From NCBI GenBank assembly GCA_965645245.1, contig OZ287081.1:310001-374000 (forward strand): a stretch of DNA of 64,000 nucleotides, written 5' to 3'. This DNA is from Massalongia carnosa. Taxonomy: Eukaryota. Positions 9,757 through 20,436 of this stretch are shown here, one piece after another (within the stretch, counting starts at the first letter, position 1; every line of letters starts with the position of its first letter). The notes beneath the pieces are model-generated. The model did no database searches, was not told the origin of the DNA, and saw only the letters and a program-made list of their open reading frames with translations. Both the position numbers and the translations under genes were made by a program.

Positions 9757-12700
9757 GCATGACCTAAAACTGCCCGGATCCACCAATCGAAAAAAATTGG
9801 CTGAGGCTCGCGAGTTACATGATACCCATGTAATATCAGGGTCTGGATCCATAAATACATCTATGCATGGGCCCTCCACCGTTTTCCCCAGACATGAATC
9901 TCTACCCATCCGCCCTGTCATCCGCCAACCCACGAGCAACTTCCCACCCATTCAGGAATTAGAAGAATGCATTGCTGGCCTTGGAGTCAAGCTAGGACCA
10001 CTAATTCCATCTGAGAAAGAACGGCTTCAGGTGCTACGATTACTTTACCAATATCGTCACCTGAACTCTGTAGACCTTACGGATCTTCCATCTACCGATC
10101 TGATTATCCACCGAGTCAAGCTAGTTCCGGGGACGCGACCCCACTCCGTCGGACAGAAACGATGGCCACCCCACAAAGAGTGGTGGCTCAGAAAACTCGT
10201 TCAGGATGGAGTCGAAGGAGGAATATATGAAAGAACAGACCTAGTGGACGGACGGCTATCACCATGGAATGCCCGGGCTGTCCTGGTTGACAAAGTAGAA
10301 AATCCCACTATGAAAGACGAGCCTAGAATGATTTTCGATTATTCCAGAGTTGTGGAGGAATTGCCAGGAGCACACATGCAGCTAATGGCCGGATGTCATG
10401 ATTATCTCTCAGACCCAAGACATGGATGTTTTATGACCGCTGACCTAAAACATGCATACCTGCTCGTTGTGGTTCATCCAGACGACCGGAAATATTTCTC
10501 CTTCACCATCCCGGGAATGGGCCAATTACAACCCACTCGGATGCAACAAGGGTCAATGACCGCCTCTTTTACAATGTCCGAATTGATGTGCAGAGCGTTC
10601 GGGCCCCTTCCAGAGGAACCATCATTGCTACAAGGAGAGTCCCCAGACTTTCCGCCACCTCTATCATTCTATCAGGATGACATTCTCGGTGGTCATTCCA
10701 CATATCAAACCGCATTTACATTCCTAAAAGATCATTTTTTTCCCCGGGTAGAGTGGGCCAAATTACGGCTGTCATTCAAAAAGTTATACTTATTCCAAGC
10801 GTCAGTAAAAGCCTTAGGCATGAGGCATGATGTCGGTGGACAGGTAAGAATCTTGGAGGAACGAACTGAGAAAATTATGAAATTTCCAACTCCAAAGGAC
10901 CAGACGGGAGTCCGGGCCTTCATTGGGACTATAGGCATCACACATCGCTGGGTGCCTAATTATTCAGAGCTTAGTAGACCATTGACTCGACTAACTGGAA
11001 AAGTGGAGTGGAGATGGGGAGACTCGGAGCAACTGGCCTTCGAAATTCTAAAAATCAAATGCACTATTCTCACAGCTATGTATGGCTATGATCACACATT
11101 GCCTGCGCATTTCTACATGGACGCCTCAATGAACGGAGGGGGTTTGGTCATTACCCAGTTCCGAGATGAAGGTGGAAAGCCCATAGAAGTTCCCATCCTA
11201 TACGATTCGATTACATTCAGTACCACGGAGAAGAGGTACCCCATATATAAGAAGGAGCTATGTGCACTGGTGAAGTTTGTCATGAAACATGATTATTTCT
11301 GCAAACATCCCATCAACATGACTGTGGTTCACACAGACCACAAGCCACTCGTGCACTTTCTGAAGTCTGATATCCACGAAGGTATCTATGGACACTGGGC
11401 CGATAAACTGAGGAGGCTGAATATCGAAATCAAGTACATTCCGGGTAAGCGGAACAAGGTAGCTGACGGATTATCCAGGACACTCTTCCTCGAGGAGGAT
11501 TGTTCTTCGGACCAAGCTGTGCAGGAAGCCATCAGCCGATTATCTGCTGATGGACCACAATGGATATGGAAGGATGGAAAAACTGGATATGAAGAGTTCC
11601 TAAAATCAATTAGTCCACAAGAACGTATGGAGGTCATAGACCACGGGTCCCTTGCGGGAGAGAATGTTTTTGCTTCTACACTAGCCTTGGAGGTCAGTGC
11701 CATGCCTGGATCAACCAGGCCTGATTCAACACTTTCATGGACAGATGCCTACTTATCCTCTGATTGGTTTGGGCGCGTGTATCGTATCTTGACAGATAAA
11801 CAACCCCAACTAAACTCGGGGGAATTTTCACGGTCCATGGACTATCGAGTGGACCCACAGACCGGTATACTCTGGAAGTACCACAAGGGTACTTACCTTC
11901 CTTGCATTCCTGAGACAAAAGTTTTGCAAGTACTAAGAGTCGCACACGATGAGGGTGGCCATTGGGCCAAACAGGGGACTCTGGCAAAGATCCGAGGGTT
12001 CGTGTATTGGCCATCCCAATCCACCGATGTGGAAAGGTACATCAGGGGGTGCTTGGAATGTGCAAAGCATGGACCAGCCACAAAGTCCCAACTACTTCAT
12101 CCAGTCCGTGTCCAGAGACCATTTCAGCTGATAGGATTCGACTTCATCGGACCACTACCTACATCCAAGAAAGTATACCTATACATATTCCACGTTCTGG
12201 AGTACTTCTCCCGTTTCTCCATCACTATTCCAAGTAAGACGGCAAATGCATCTGATGTGCTACCTGCCTTAGAGCAAATGTTCGTATTATACGCTAGACC
12301 TCAGGCCATATATTGCGACCGGGGACAACACTTTGAAAACTCCGAGGTAAAGAACTTCCTTTCAGAAAAGGGCATATCTTACTCGTACAGTCCGTCTGGC
12401 GCGTCCCAAAGTACTGGGATGGTAGAAATAGGGAATCGCTTGCTAGAGGACATCCTCCGGAAGACCCAAAGTGGGATATCCAAAGATTGGGAGGCCATCC
12501 TAGGGAGGTCCACGTACAATCTAAACGCTAGAGTGATTCATCATTTAGGGGCATCCCCAGCGTCCATCCTACTAGGAGTTGGTCCAGACACTCCCACCAT
12601 AGACCCCATTCTCCGATCGGTGCCCACACAATCAGTTTCCGCATGGATAGACCAGGTCCTGGATCCAGATCAACATCAGGCCATGGTGCGAAAGTTCATT

Positions 12701-13084
12701 AGTTATCGAGCGCAGCTCCACGATACCATTCAATCAAGATCAAATCAGAGGAAGGATTTGGAGAGAGCCCGATTCAATCGTGGTATCATCCAACACGAAT
12801 TCGCATCAGGGGATCTGGTCATGTTATTCCAAAAAACATCAGGGAAATTACAGCCCAGATGGCGTGGTCCATTCTATGTAGAAGGCTTTGGTGGAAGTCA
12901 TGGGACATCCTACACAATCCGTCAGATCAATGGGAGAAAAATAAAGGGAACCTTTCATGGCCATCATCTGAAAGAGTTTGTTGTTCGGACTGGTCGCCTG
13001 GCAAATCCATCCGACATACCACTACCACCTTTTCAAACTATTCGTGAAAGAAGGAGAGCTTTGAGAGGTGAGACAACTAGATAA
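9677..13084 (+). CDS. Pol: reverse transcriptase, RNase H, integrase
   Basis: RT motifs ADLKHAY and FYQDD; RNase H MDAS, KKEL, TDHKPL, NKVADGLSR; integrase H-H-C-C, FDFIGP, CDRG, GMVE; GPF module PRWRGPF. Confidence 0.97.
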   Translation: MMRTPTRGKTSQNSRMWCQYVFLTGPKHDLKLPGSTNRKKLAEARELHDTHVISGSGSINTSMHGPSTVFPRHESLPIRPVIRQPTSNFPPIQELEECIAGLGVKLGPLIPSEKERLQVLRLLYQYRHLNSVDLTDLPSTDLIIHRVKLVPGTRPHSVGQKRWPPHKEWWLRKLVQDGVEGGIYERTDLVDGRLSPWNARAVLVDKVENPTMKDEPRMIFDYSRVVEELPGAHMQLMAGCHDYLSDPRHGCFMTADLKHAYLLVVVHPDDRKYFSFTIPGMGQLQPTRMQQGSMTASFTMSELMCRAFGPLPEEPSLLQGESPDFPPPLSFYQDDILGGHSTYQTAFTFLKDHFFPRVEWAKLRLSFKKLYLFQASVKALGMRHDVGGQVRILEERTEKIMKFPTPKDQTGVRAFIGTIGITHRWVPNYSELSRPLTRLTGKVEWRWGDSEQLAFEILKIKCTILTAMYGYDHTLPAHFYMDASMNGGGLVITQFRDEGGKPIEVPILYDSITFSTTEKRYPIYKKELCALVKFVMKHDYFCKHPINMTVVHTDHKPLVHFLKSDIHEGIYGHWADKLRRLNIEIKYIPGKRNKVADGLSRTLFLEEDCSSDQAVQEAISRLSADGPQWIWKDGKTGYEEFLKSISPQERMEVIDHGSLAGENVFASTLALEVSAMPGSTRPDSTLSWTDAYLSSDWFGRVYRILTDKQPQLNSGEFSRSMDYRVDPQTGILWKYHKGTYLPCIPETKVLQVLRVAHDEGGHWAKQGTLAKIRGFVYWPSQSTDVERYIRGCLECAKHGPATKSQLLHPVRVQRPFQLIGFDFIGPLPTSKKVYLYIFHVLEYFSRFSITIPSKTANASDVLPALEQMFVLYARPQAIYCDRGQHFENSEVKNFLSEKGISYSYSPSGASQSTGMVEIGNRLLEDILRKTQSGISKDWEAILGRSTYNLNARVIHHLGASPASILLGVGPDTPTIDPILRSVPTQSVSAWIDQVLDPDQHQAMVRKFISYRAQLHDTIQSRSNQRKDLERARFNRGIIQHEFASGDLVMLFQKTSGKLQPRWRGPFYVEGFGGSHGTSYTIRQINGRKIKGTFHGHHLKEFVVRTGRLANPSDIPLPPFQTIRERRRALRGETTR

Positions 13085-13524
13085 TCATCACTCCGATACA
13101 CACCATCTTCAGGCCTCGAAGGGGGGATACTGCAACGGAGTTCCCAATCAACGAGAACTATGAGTACTACGTCCAATGGCATGCCATGAGGCATGGCATT
13201 CCGCCTCCGGATCCTCTACAGGAGGATACATTCTCTATTCCTCCTGAGGAGTTCACCGAGTGGTGGGACCGGTATGACACCGTCGATGGAGAGAGGGAAA
13301 TGACAAATGCAGAGGTGCGAACCTCTGAGAATCGCTGGAATTTTCACGTCTCGGTCCGGATGGACCAAAACCCCCGTCCTTGGGACAAAGGTCCCTTTCC
13401 GTTGACTTCCCCACCTCCACCCCCTCCGAACAATAGAAATCAGTTGTTATCACCACCTACGGATGCATAGGTAGTGCTTGTTAGTCTGCGAGGGCGCAGA
13501 CGTCCTATTTGTTTTTGCCGTAGT

Positions 13525-13696
13525 AGTGGTAGTATGGCGTCTAGAGAGACCAGATGGTCTGCACCTTCCAAGGCTGGCACCTTCCTATTTTAGTTAGTTA
13601 GCTTAGACTAGTGCTGGTAAAACCAGGCCTTTTGGCCTGGGAGAAATATCATCTGCTTTCTACCTTCAGAACGCTTTTCGGGTCCATGGCTTTTCT
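13525..13696 (+). repeat. 3' LTR
   Basis: Identical to 6605-6776 and followed by TSD ATGAT. Confidence 0.95.
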
Positions 13697-13701
13697 ATGA
13701 T

Positions 13702-14940
13702 TGCCTAATCTGGAAATTAATAAGCAGAAGACAAAAGAACCTCGATCGCAAATATTCAGATATCTCGGCAAATTCCAATACTCCCACTCCGAGTATCTGA
13801 ATGGCTTCATACCCTCGCATGCCCGAAAACGAATCAAAAGAAATCCTCCGCGTTCTACCCGTCTGAACACGATGCTCAGATAGATCATGGATCCTCGTGA
13901 GCCGATGTGATTGCGATAAACTATCGCTAACTCTCTAGGTCTCCTTCATATCTAATAGAGCACGCCCGCGTTCAAAAGCCGCCTTGGTCAAAGGCTTTGT
14001 CAGAATATCAGCTGCCATCTCGTTGATGGGAACATAGCTGATTTGGATAAGTCCATCCTCCACTACCTCGCGAATGTAGTGATATTGCACATCGATGTGC
14101 TCGTACGTGAGTGGTTTTCGGGGTTTCTGACGAGTGCAATGGCCCCTTGATTATCACACCGAAGTTCGATGGCTCCTCTCTCTCTAATCCCTAGTTGCTG
14201 TAGCCAGCGACCTGCCCAAACGAGCTGTTTTGAAGCCTGGCATTGCGAAACGTATTCGGCTTCAGTGATTGAGGTAGAAACAGTGCGTTGTTTCTTGCTG
14301 GTCCAGATGCATGCTGAATTTGCAAGAAGCAAAGTCATGCCATGTATGGATTTTCGATTTTCCGAGGAATCGGCATAAGCCGCATCCGCGTACCCTATGG
14401 GAGTGTTGCCTTTCGAACTAGGGTCATAAACTAGGCCTAAGTTTGCAGTGCCTTTCAAATACCTAATTACTCTATCCAGCGCAACTCGATGCTTTACACC
14501 TGGATCGTGACTGAATTGACTTAACTTGCCAATTGCAAAGACTATGTCAGGTCTAGTACTTGTCATGGCATACATTAGGCTTCCTATCCTTTTCTGATAC
14601 TTCAGTTGATCGGTCCTGAGTTCCGTGGGGTGGCGGCAGTCAGTGGTGCATATCCATCAATCGGAGTTGAAACTAAATGTGCATTTTTCATTCCATATTT
14701 CGAAATAAAGTTGTTGATGTATACTGAGTGATCTAGTGTTAGATTTCTAGATTTTCGATTCCTCCGCACTCGTATTCCCAGGATGTGATCCACTTCTTTC
14801 GAATCATACTCTCGTTTTAGTTGTGCCTTGACTGCATTGATGCGGGATATTTTGACAACAAAGATAAGAAGATCATCGACGTATACCGAGATAATGACGC
14901 CGGCTTGAAGATTTATGAACACACAATTGTCGGCTGAGAT
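13702..14940 (-). mobile_element. 5'-truncated, frameshifted Ty1/copia remnant (RT-RNase H, PPT, start of 3' LTR)
   Basis: YVDDLL, TRPDI, GYADA, SKKQRTVSTSITEAEY, CDNQGAI and ADILTKPL. PPT GGAGTGGGAG (13781-13790, minus) is followed by TATTGGAAT. Confidence 0.9.
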
Positions 14941-14942
14941 TG

Positions 14943-15494
14943 TGTAAAGGTAATCATCATAATAAGGTTGTGTAAAAGGATGTCCATTGAGACATGCGAG
15001 CAAGCTCGTCACAGCCAAAACAACCACCAAGACAATAAGGTCCTGCCTAACCCAGTTAGGCATAGTGTGGGGACTTAACTTATTATGGAGGTGTTTTCGT
15101 AGTATTGTACACGAAGTATCCCCACGCCTCGCCTCACCTCCCCTAGCTCGCCTGCCTAGTCTCATCTACCCAAGTGTTTCGGTGACAACGAAGTATTTGG
15201 GAGACCGAAAATACCAGGTAGTATGGGCAAGGTATGGAAGAAGAGCTTAGGTTGTGGATTGTCCTATCCTATATAGATCAATGATCAAGCACTTCAAAAG
15301 GGTAGCATTTAGTCTACCCTTTGACCCGACCCTACCTATTTGTACCTCTATTGTGACCATCACGTTGTGTAACCCCGTGGATCCCGTCTTCCAGTAGTGA
15401 ATGCCTGCTGGGAGAAGGTCTCCCCGTTTCACTATCAAGAGATATTCTTCTGACGTAAATATAAATTCACCATAGAGCTCATTGTTATCATACA
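14943..15494 (+). mobile_element. Possible LTR that truncates the copia
   Basis: TGTAAAG...ATCATACA with internal TATA-like CTATATAGA. Copia coding similarity stops at its left edge; no TSD found. Confidence 0.4.
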
Positions 15495-15690
15495 TTCAGC
15501 TCAACATTTATCTATTCAGCAATTTACATATACGAAGAATAAGAAAAAAAACTTCTCGGGAAAGATCTCGTAGGACATGACTTTACTGTATACTCAAATC
15601 AACGCATGAATGAAATGTGTCTATCAAGAACTTCTCGTCTTAATAATTCTCAAATTTATCCTGTCAGGATCTTGTCAGCCAATCAATCAA

Positions 15691-15907
15691 TGTAAGGAAG
15701 CTGTCGTCAATTCTAATCAACCGCTATTAAACCAAAATTTATCTACAAAGAGGAAAAGAGAAATTACTGTGCGCCTTGACGAAGATACATGTTATCACCG
15801 TGGGTCGCGCTAGTGCACATGCTCCCGTGATCCCCCTTTCCCTCATAGCTGGCGCTAAGCATGTTCATTGAACTTCCTAAGCCCTACGTCAGGCTAGGAC
15901 CTTGACA
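15691..15907. mobile_element. Solo LTR
   Basis: TGTAAGG...CCTTGACA with TSD ATCAA; absent from the homologous site in copy 1 (~4180). Confidence 0.85.
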
Positions 15908-15945
15908 ATCAATCAACAAATAACAATCGAAAACCATTTATCATT

Positions 15946-17223
15946 CTATTCTTTTTTATCTACATGCACCGCCGTTCGCCAAACCTTTCCCACACAATGC
16001 TCATCTAACAGTTCCAGCATGGCATTGCTCCCTACGTAAAACTGACTTGCCGTTTGATTGTTCGTCAGCTTCCAAAGCTTCAACTCCGCCGGCCTGGTCA
16101 TTCGCTCGATCTGCTGAGTAGAAGAGTGACTGACTGGGCCTATCAGCCATTGATAATCCTCCAAATACTTCAAATCATTAGGTATCTTCTGATCGGTTCT
16201 TCGACACGCCCACACGAATCGCCGCCACTCCTCCCCATAGAGCTCCTTTGCTGACGCGGTAAGATGCTGAGGCACGGCGACGTGAAGGATTTCGACGGGA
16301 ACCACGTTCCCGTCCACGAGTGCCTGTGCCCACTGCGCATACTTCCATGCCACTTCATAATTCTTAGTAAAATACACTCCACTAATTCTCTTAGAGAAGT
16401 CTCCAGGTGGAGTACTGCCAAGTGCGGCGAAATTCAGCTGTCCATCGGCCATGAACAATTTGTCAAGTCGTGGACGTGCAGCTCCCTTAAGCAGCATAAC
16501 GTGCCCTTCCAGTTGCTTAGGAGGATCATCGGCGATGGTCGCCAGTGTGGGCTGGGGTACGTTGAACATTCCAAGTTCCAGGTCTTTGCCCGCTTGACTG
16601 GAGACACGGGGAGGGATCGCGGGAGCAGGTTGCATGCTGAAAGAGTCATGAAAGGCTGGCTTGCTAGATTTGCGGCCGAGGGTACTCGTGGGTGGGGTTT
16701 GAATCACGCTGTCGAGAGTTCGAAGGAAGTCATAACGGATCTCCATCATCTCGTAAATCCACTGCTTGAGTGAGCCAGAAAGGCGCATTTCCATCACGTC
16801 GTTTTTCATGATGCGCGCTTGAAAGTTACTGCTCATCCCAATGCGCCTCATAATCTCGACCCAATCGTCGAGATCGGTGATGGCATTCCCTTGAATGCTA
16901 TTCACATAACGCTTTGCCGAATTTAGTATGCTGGCGCGATAAGGGAATTCATTCTGTCTCTCCAGGAATTGTTGCCATACTATCCCCGCGGTTGTCTCGT
17001 TGAGCTCGAGAAATCGCAATGTCTCTAAGCTTTCCAGTTCATCTGGGATTAGAACCGTGGCCTCGGAGTCAAGGGAATTCGCTGTGACATATGATGTGTT
17101 TGATATAGCCCGATATCCTTCATGTTGGCCAGCCTCTCCACGAGCACGAAGGATCTGAATAGATTGCAATGAAAGCACTTTAAGGCTTGAGCAAGACGAT
17201 GTAGAGGTAAGCGTGCCAGCCAT
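15946..17223 (-). CDS. ADP-ribosyltransferase-fold/DUF3990-like hypothetical protein, copy 2
   Basis: Paralogue of 4219-5496 with an open frame. Confidence 0.75.
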   Translation of the reverse strand: MAGTLTSTSSCSSLKVLSLQSIQILRARGEAGQHEGYRAISNTSYVTANSLDSEATVLIPDELESLETLRFLELNETTAGIVWQQFLERQNEFPYRASILNSAKRYVNSIQGNAITDLDDWVEIMRRIGMSSNFQARIMKNDVMEMRLSGSLKQWIYEMMEIRYDFLRTLDSVIQTPPTSTLGRKSSKPAFHDSFSMQPAPAIPPRVSSQAGKDLELGMFNVPQPTLATIADDPPKQLEGHVMLLKGAARPRLDKLFMADGQLNFAALGSTPPGDFSKRISGVYFTKNYEVAWKYAQWAQALVDGNVVPVEILHVAVPQHLTASAKELYGEEWRRFVWACRRTDQKIPNDLKYLEDYQWLIGPVSHSSTQQIERMTRPAELKLWKLTNNQTASQFYVGSNAMLELLDEHCVGKVWRTAVHVDKKE

Positions 17224-17344
17224 CCTATTAACAGCGAAAGTTGAACTGTTTGCAAAGCTCACAATCCAGTAATCTCGAAGACCTTCACAAGATCGATGAC
17301 AGAGCGCTTTGCAGAAGTAATTAGTACGTATATCACACACTTCT

Positions 17345-17553
17345 TGTTGAAATAGGTATATGACTATGGCTATATGACTATGTAATAATAAGTGTATGTA
17401 TAACCGTGATGTTAAGGATGAAGAGTGCTGTTCAACTGGTCACCTTCTGTTAAGCGAGGTGATCTTTATCTTATCTTAGGACTAGGCCTAATGCGGCTTC
17501 TACGGTTTCCTAGATGCTATGTTCATTGTACTGATAGGAGTTGGATATTCAAC
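17345..17553. mobile_element. Solo LTR, family B
   Basis: TGTTGAAATA...GGATATTCAACA, homologous to 6089-6269; no clean TSD. Confidence 0.7.
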
Positions 17554-17592
17554 AAACTTCGAAGCAATCTAAGTGATGTTGACCTATCAATG

Positions 17593-17701
17593 TGTTGAAT
17601 TGCACTGCCCTCGTTCTGGAAGTTTCTATGCTTAGTCAGCTGAATGTATATTAGCCGCTCTTCTCCCTCTATAGAACAATCAACCGTCTCAAGTTTCAAC
17701 A
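17593..17701. mobile_element. Short solo LTR, family A
   Basis: TGTTGAA...TTTCAACA with flanks CAATG/CTATG (one mismatch); homologous to 6010-6290. Confidence 0.7.
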
Positions 17702-17872
17702 CTATGGTAATCTTTAAATTACTGAGTGACCATAGAGCAAGAATACATATCTGGAAGGACACAGAAGTAGCCGAGTGCCTAAAACTCCATTGGATACGGA
17801 GGGAGACGTAGTCACTGTTAAATGGTGAGGCTACTATCGGTTAGATGGTCAGACTATGACCAGTATACACAG

Positions 17873-18043
17873 AGTGGTAGTATGGCGTCTAGAGAGATCA
17901 GATGGTCTGCACCTTCCAAGGCTGGCACCTTCCTATTTAGTTAGTTAGCTTAGACTAGTGCTGGTAAAACCAGGCCTTTTGGCCTGGGAAAAATATCATC
18001 TGCTTTCTACCTTCAGGACGCTTTTCGGGTCCATGGCTTTTCT
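17873..18043 (+). mobile_element. Solo LTR of the AG...CT gypsy family
   Basis: Three substitutions and a 1-bp deletion relative to the full element's LTRs; has its own TSD CACAG. Confidence 0.95.
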
Positions 18044-18105
18044 CACAGTAGGCATCCATCGTGAGTCCCACGGGTGCCTGCCAGGCAACTATAAGAGGTG
18101 CCTAA

Positions 18106-20436
18106 TAGGCGAAATGCTTAGGGACAGTCCCCCCCAACCGTCCCCCCCCTCTGTGTAAATCTTTGCTAGTAAACAGCCATTTCATTGCTCATCCAGGGTG
18201 CGTACAAGCTAGTAATGCAACTGCCAACAGAACATTAAACTCTTTTCGTTTAAATCGTATGACGTGTTATTGCTACTTATAATTATCCTACTCGGCTAAC
18301 GCTATCTCTTTCGCAGGATTATCTCATGAATTTCTATCAACATCAAGAAATCCAATTCGTGCATGCATATACTACTAAACTCCCTAATTTAGGCGCTCAT
18401 AGCACACAGCGTTCAGAAGGTCTGCATTCATTGATTAAAAATGTGATCAATAGAAACACTCCTATTAGACAACCGGTGCAGAAAATATGTGATGAGGTGC
18501 GGAAACAACAATTAGATCAGGAGATTTTGTGCAATCAACAGCGAATACGCAATCCTAGATTGATAGATAGAAATACTTTTACGCTACTCATTGAGAAATT
18601 TACGCATCATGCCATCAGCCTCGTTTCAAGAGAACTCGATGCCGCCAAATCGTTAGCTGAACGAATCCTTTTAATTGTCCCTGATGATGAAAGCTGTGTT
18701 TATGATTGTGAATTGCCTTTAAGGTACGGTCTCCCATGCAAATGCTGATTGTATAAATGCATCAACGACTCGATCCCTATTCCCGTTTCCCTCATCCACC
18801 CCCGGTGGTTTTTTGATGGCCCACCTTATGCGGTCTCTTGACAAATGACCTTCGATCTCGCTCGCGGCTCGGAGCCCGAAGTGTTTAAAATAGGAGGGAT
18901 GGATGGAGAATGATGGACCCAATGCACAGAAAATAGGTGGCAGAGTGCCAGAAGTCTCTGGATAGTACAGAACTTCTATGAATGAAATAATTCAGATTAT
19001 TGCGACTAATCTCTAGGCTATGCGTAGGAGTGATGTTATATACATGTTGATCATAGAACATTCGAGATTCTACTCGAACGTCTATAGACCTGAATTTCTA
19101 AGCATCGAAGATACCAGAAATTCTCAGATGTAACTATTCCCATATCAGTAAAATACGCGAGGGCATTCGCATATTACGTCAGATATGATCTAGCTGGCTT
19201 GGCATTCGCAACACGAAGTCGAAAAGATCGTCGATGAGGTCGAAGGGACGAGAGAGATTGAGGCGAATAAGGATGAGGTCGAGCTCGAAGAAGGCGTGTT
19301 GGGTGAGGATAGATTTCGCCGCGGGGGCCTTGATTTGCTACATTCTGTGGCATATCAATCTATTGACCTACATCAATCAATAGAAGATTCTCATCGAAGG
19401 GAGGAGTATGCTCGCGAGCATGCTCACATCGTTGAAAAGTTCAATAAGAAATGGCAAAAGGAGCTGGTAAGACCTCTCATCCTCATCACATTCCCCGACG
19501 AAATTCGGCCCAAAGAAAACCTCATGTACAAGAAAGGAGGGAGTTGTCGACGTGCCTACACACTGATTGCGAGGCAGCTGAGGCTAGAGAAACTGAACAG
19601 CGACGTACTAGGCGAAGGGACTCTATTGAACAAGGGAGGAGGCTTAGATATAATAGATTGCGTGCTGGGGGCGACGATGAGGCTGAAGGTGAAACAGAAG
19701 ATAAAACTCACGATGTTGCAAAGTTATTGCGCCCGGGTCGGCTAATATTGGGTACAATACTTAGTTATGAAGAGAATCGAAAACGCGCCTATCGTCTCCG
19801 ACGACGATGACGAGGTGCAGTATATAAGCACTCAGCCCATTCTCGGTCGTTCTATGGGTCCTATGCTTCCTTCGAATGACGATAATGATGTTATTCTTAC
19901 ATCAAAAGCCTCGTCGGATTCGCTCGAAGATATTGACGATGTGCTTGCCAAGCATAGTCAAAAAGCCCTACCTCAGACAGCGCCGCCTTCCTCTCTTTAT
20001 AACTAGTCTTAGTCAAAACGTGCGCGCCAGTCAAAATTTTCCTACTTCCTCTGCAACAACGCGAAGGTCTCGGGGTGTGGCGAAGAAATCAAAGGCTCAG
20101 TTGGAGTTGGAATCTCAGCAAAGAGTAGAGAAATCAGTCAAACAGGCTAGGGCTCAAGCGAGAAAAGAAACGGCGATGAGAAAGGTGGCTGAAACCATGA
20201 AGCCTAGAAAAGATGATGTATCGCAATTGGCTGACAAGATTTTGGAGTTGAAGTCATCGCAATAGGTAGATTTGTAGATGTTGAATACACTTAGCTAGTA
20301 ACAGCAACATTATTAATATGTAGTGTAACTGCTAGCTTGTACGCACCCTGAATGAGTAGTAAAATGGCTGTTCACTAGTAAAGATTTACACAAGAGGGGG
20401 GACGGTCGGGGGGACTGTCCCTAAGCATCTCGCCTA
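18106..20436 (+). mobile_element. Internally deleted Mutator-like (MULE) element
   Basis: ~100-bp terminal inverted repeats (TAGGCGA.ATGCTTAGGGACAGTCCCCC...CAGGGTGCGTACAAGCTAG). Only the transposase C-terminal part remains: STQRSEGLH and SWIM-like C..DC....YGLPCKC. Confidence 0.85.
18882..19213. mobile_element. Solo LTR inserted in the MULE
   Basis: TGTT...CAACA with TSD CGAAG. Confidence 0.8.

Larger units (their letters stand above)
6605..13696 (+). mobile_element. Full-length Ty3/gypsy LTR retrotransposon
   Basis: Identical 172-bp LTRs (6605-6776, 13525-13696), 5-bp TSD ATGAT, and open gag-pro and pol ORFs in RT-RH-INT order. Confidence 0.97.
15506..17344. repeat. Segmental duplication, copy 2
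   Basis: Direct repeat of 4006-5616 with an extra solo LTR. Confidence 0.9.

Noticed and set aside
14602..15165. 187-aa ORF as a novel RT fusion
   Set aside because: Chance read-through from the LTR-like insertion into the truncated copia RT.
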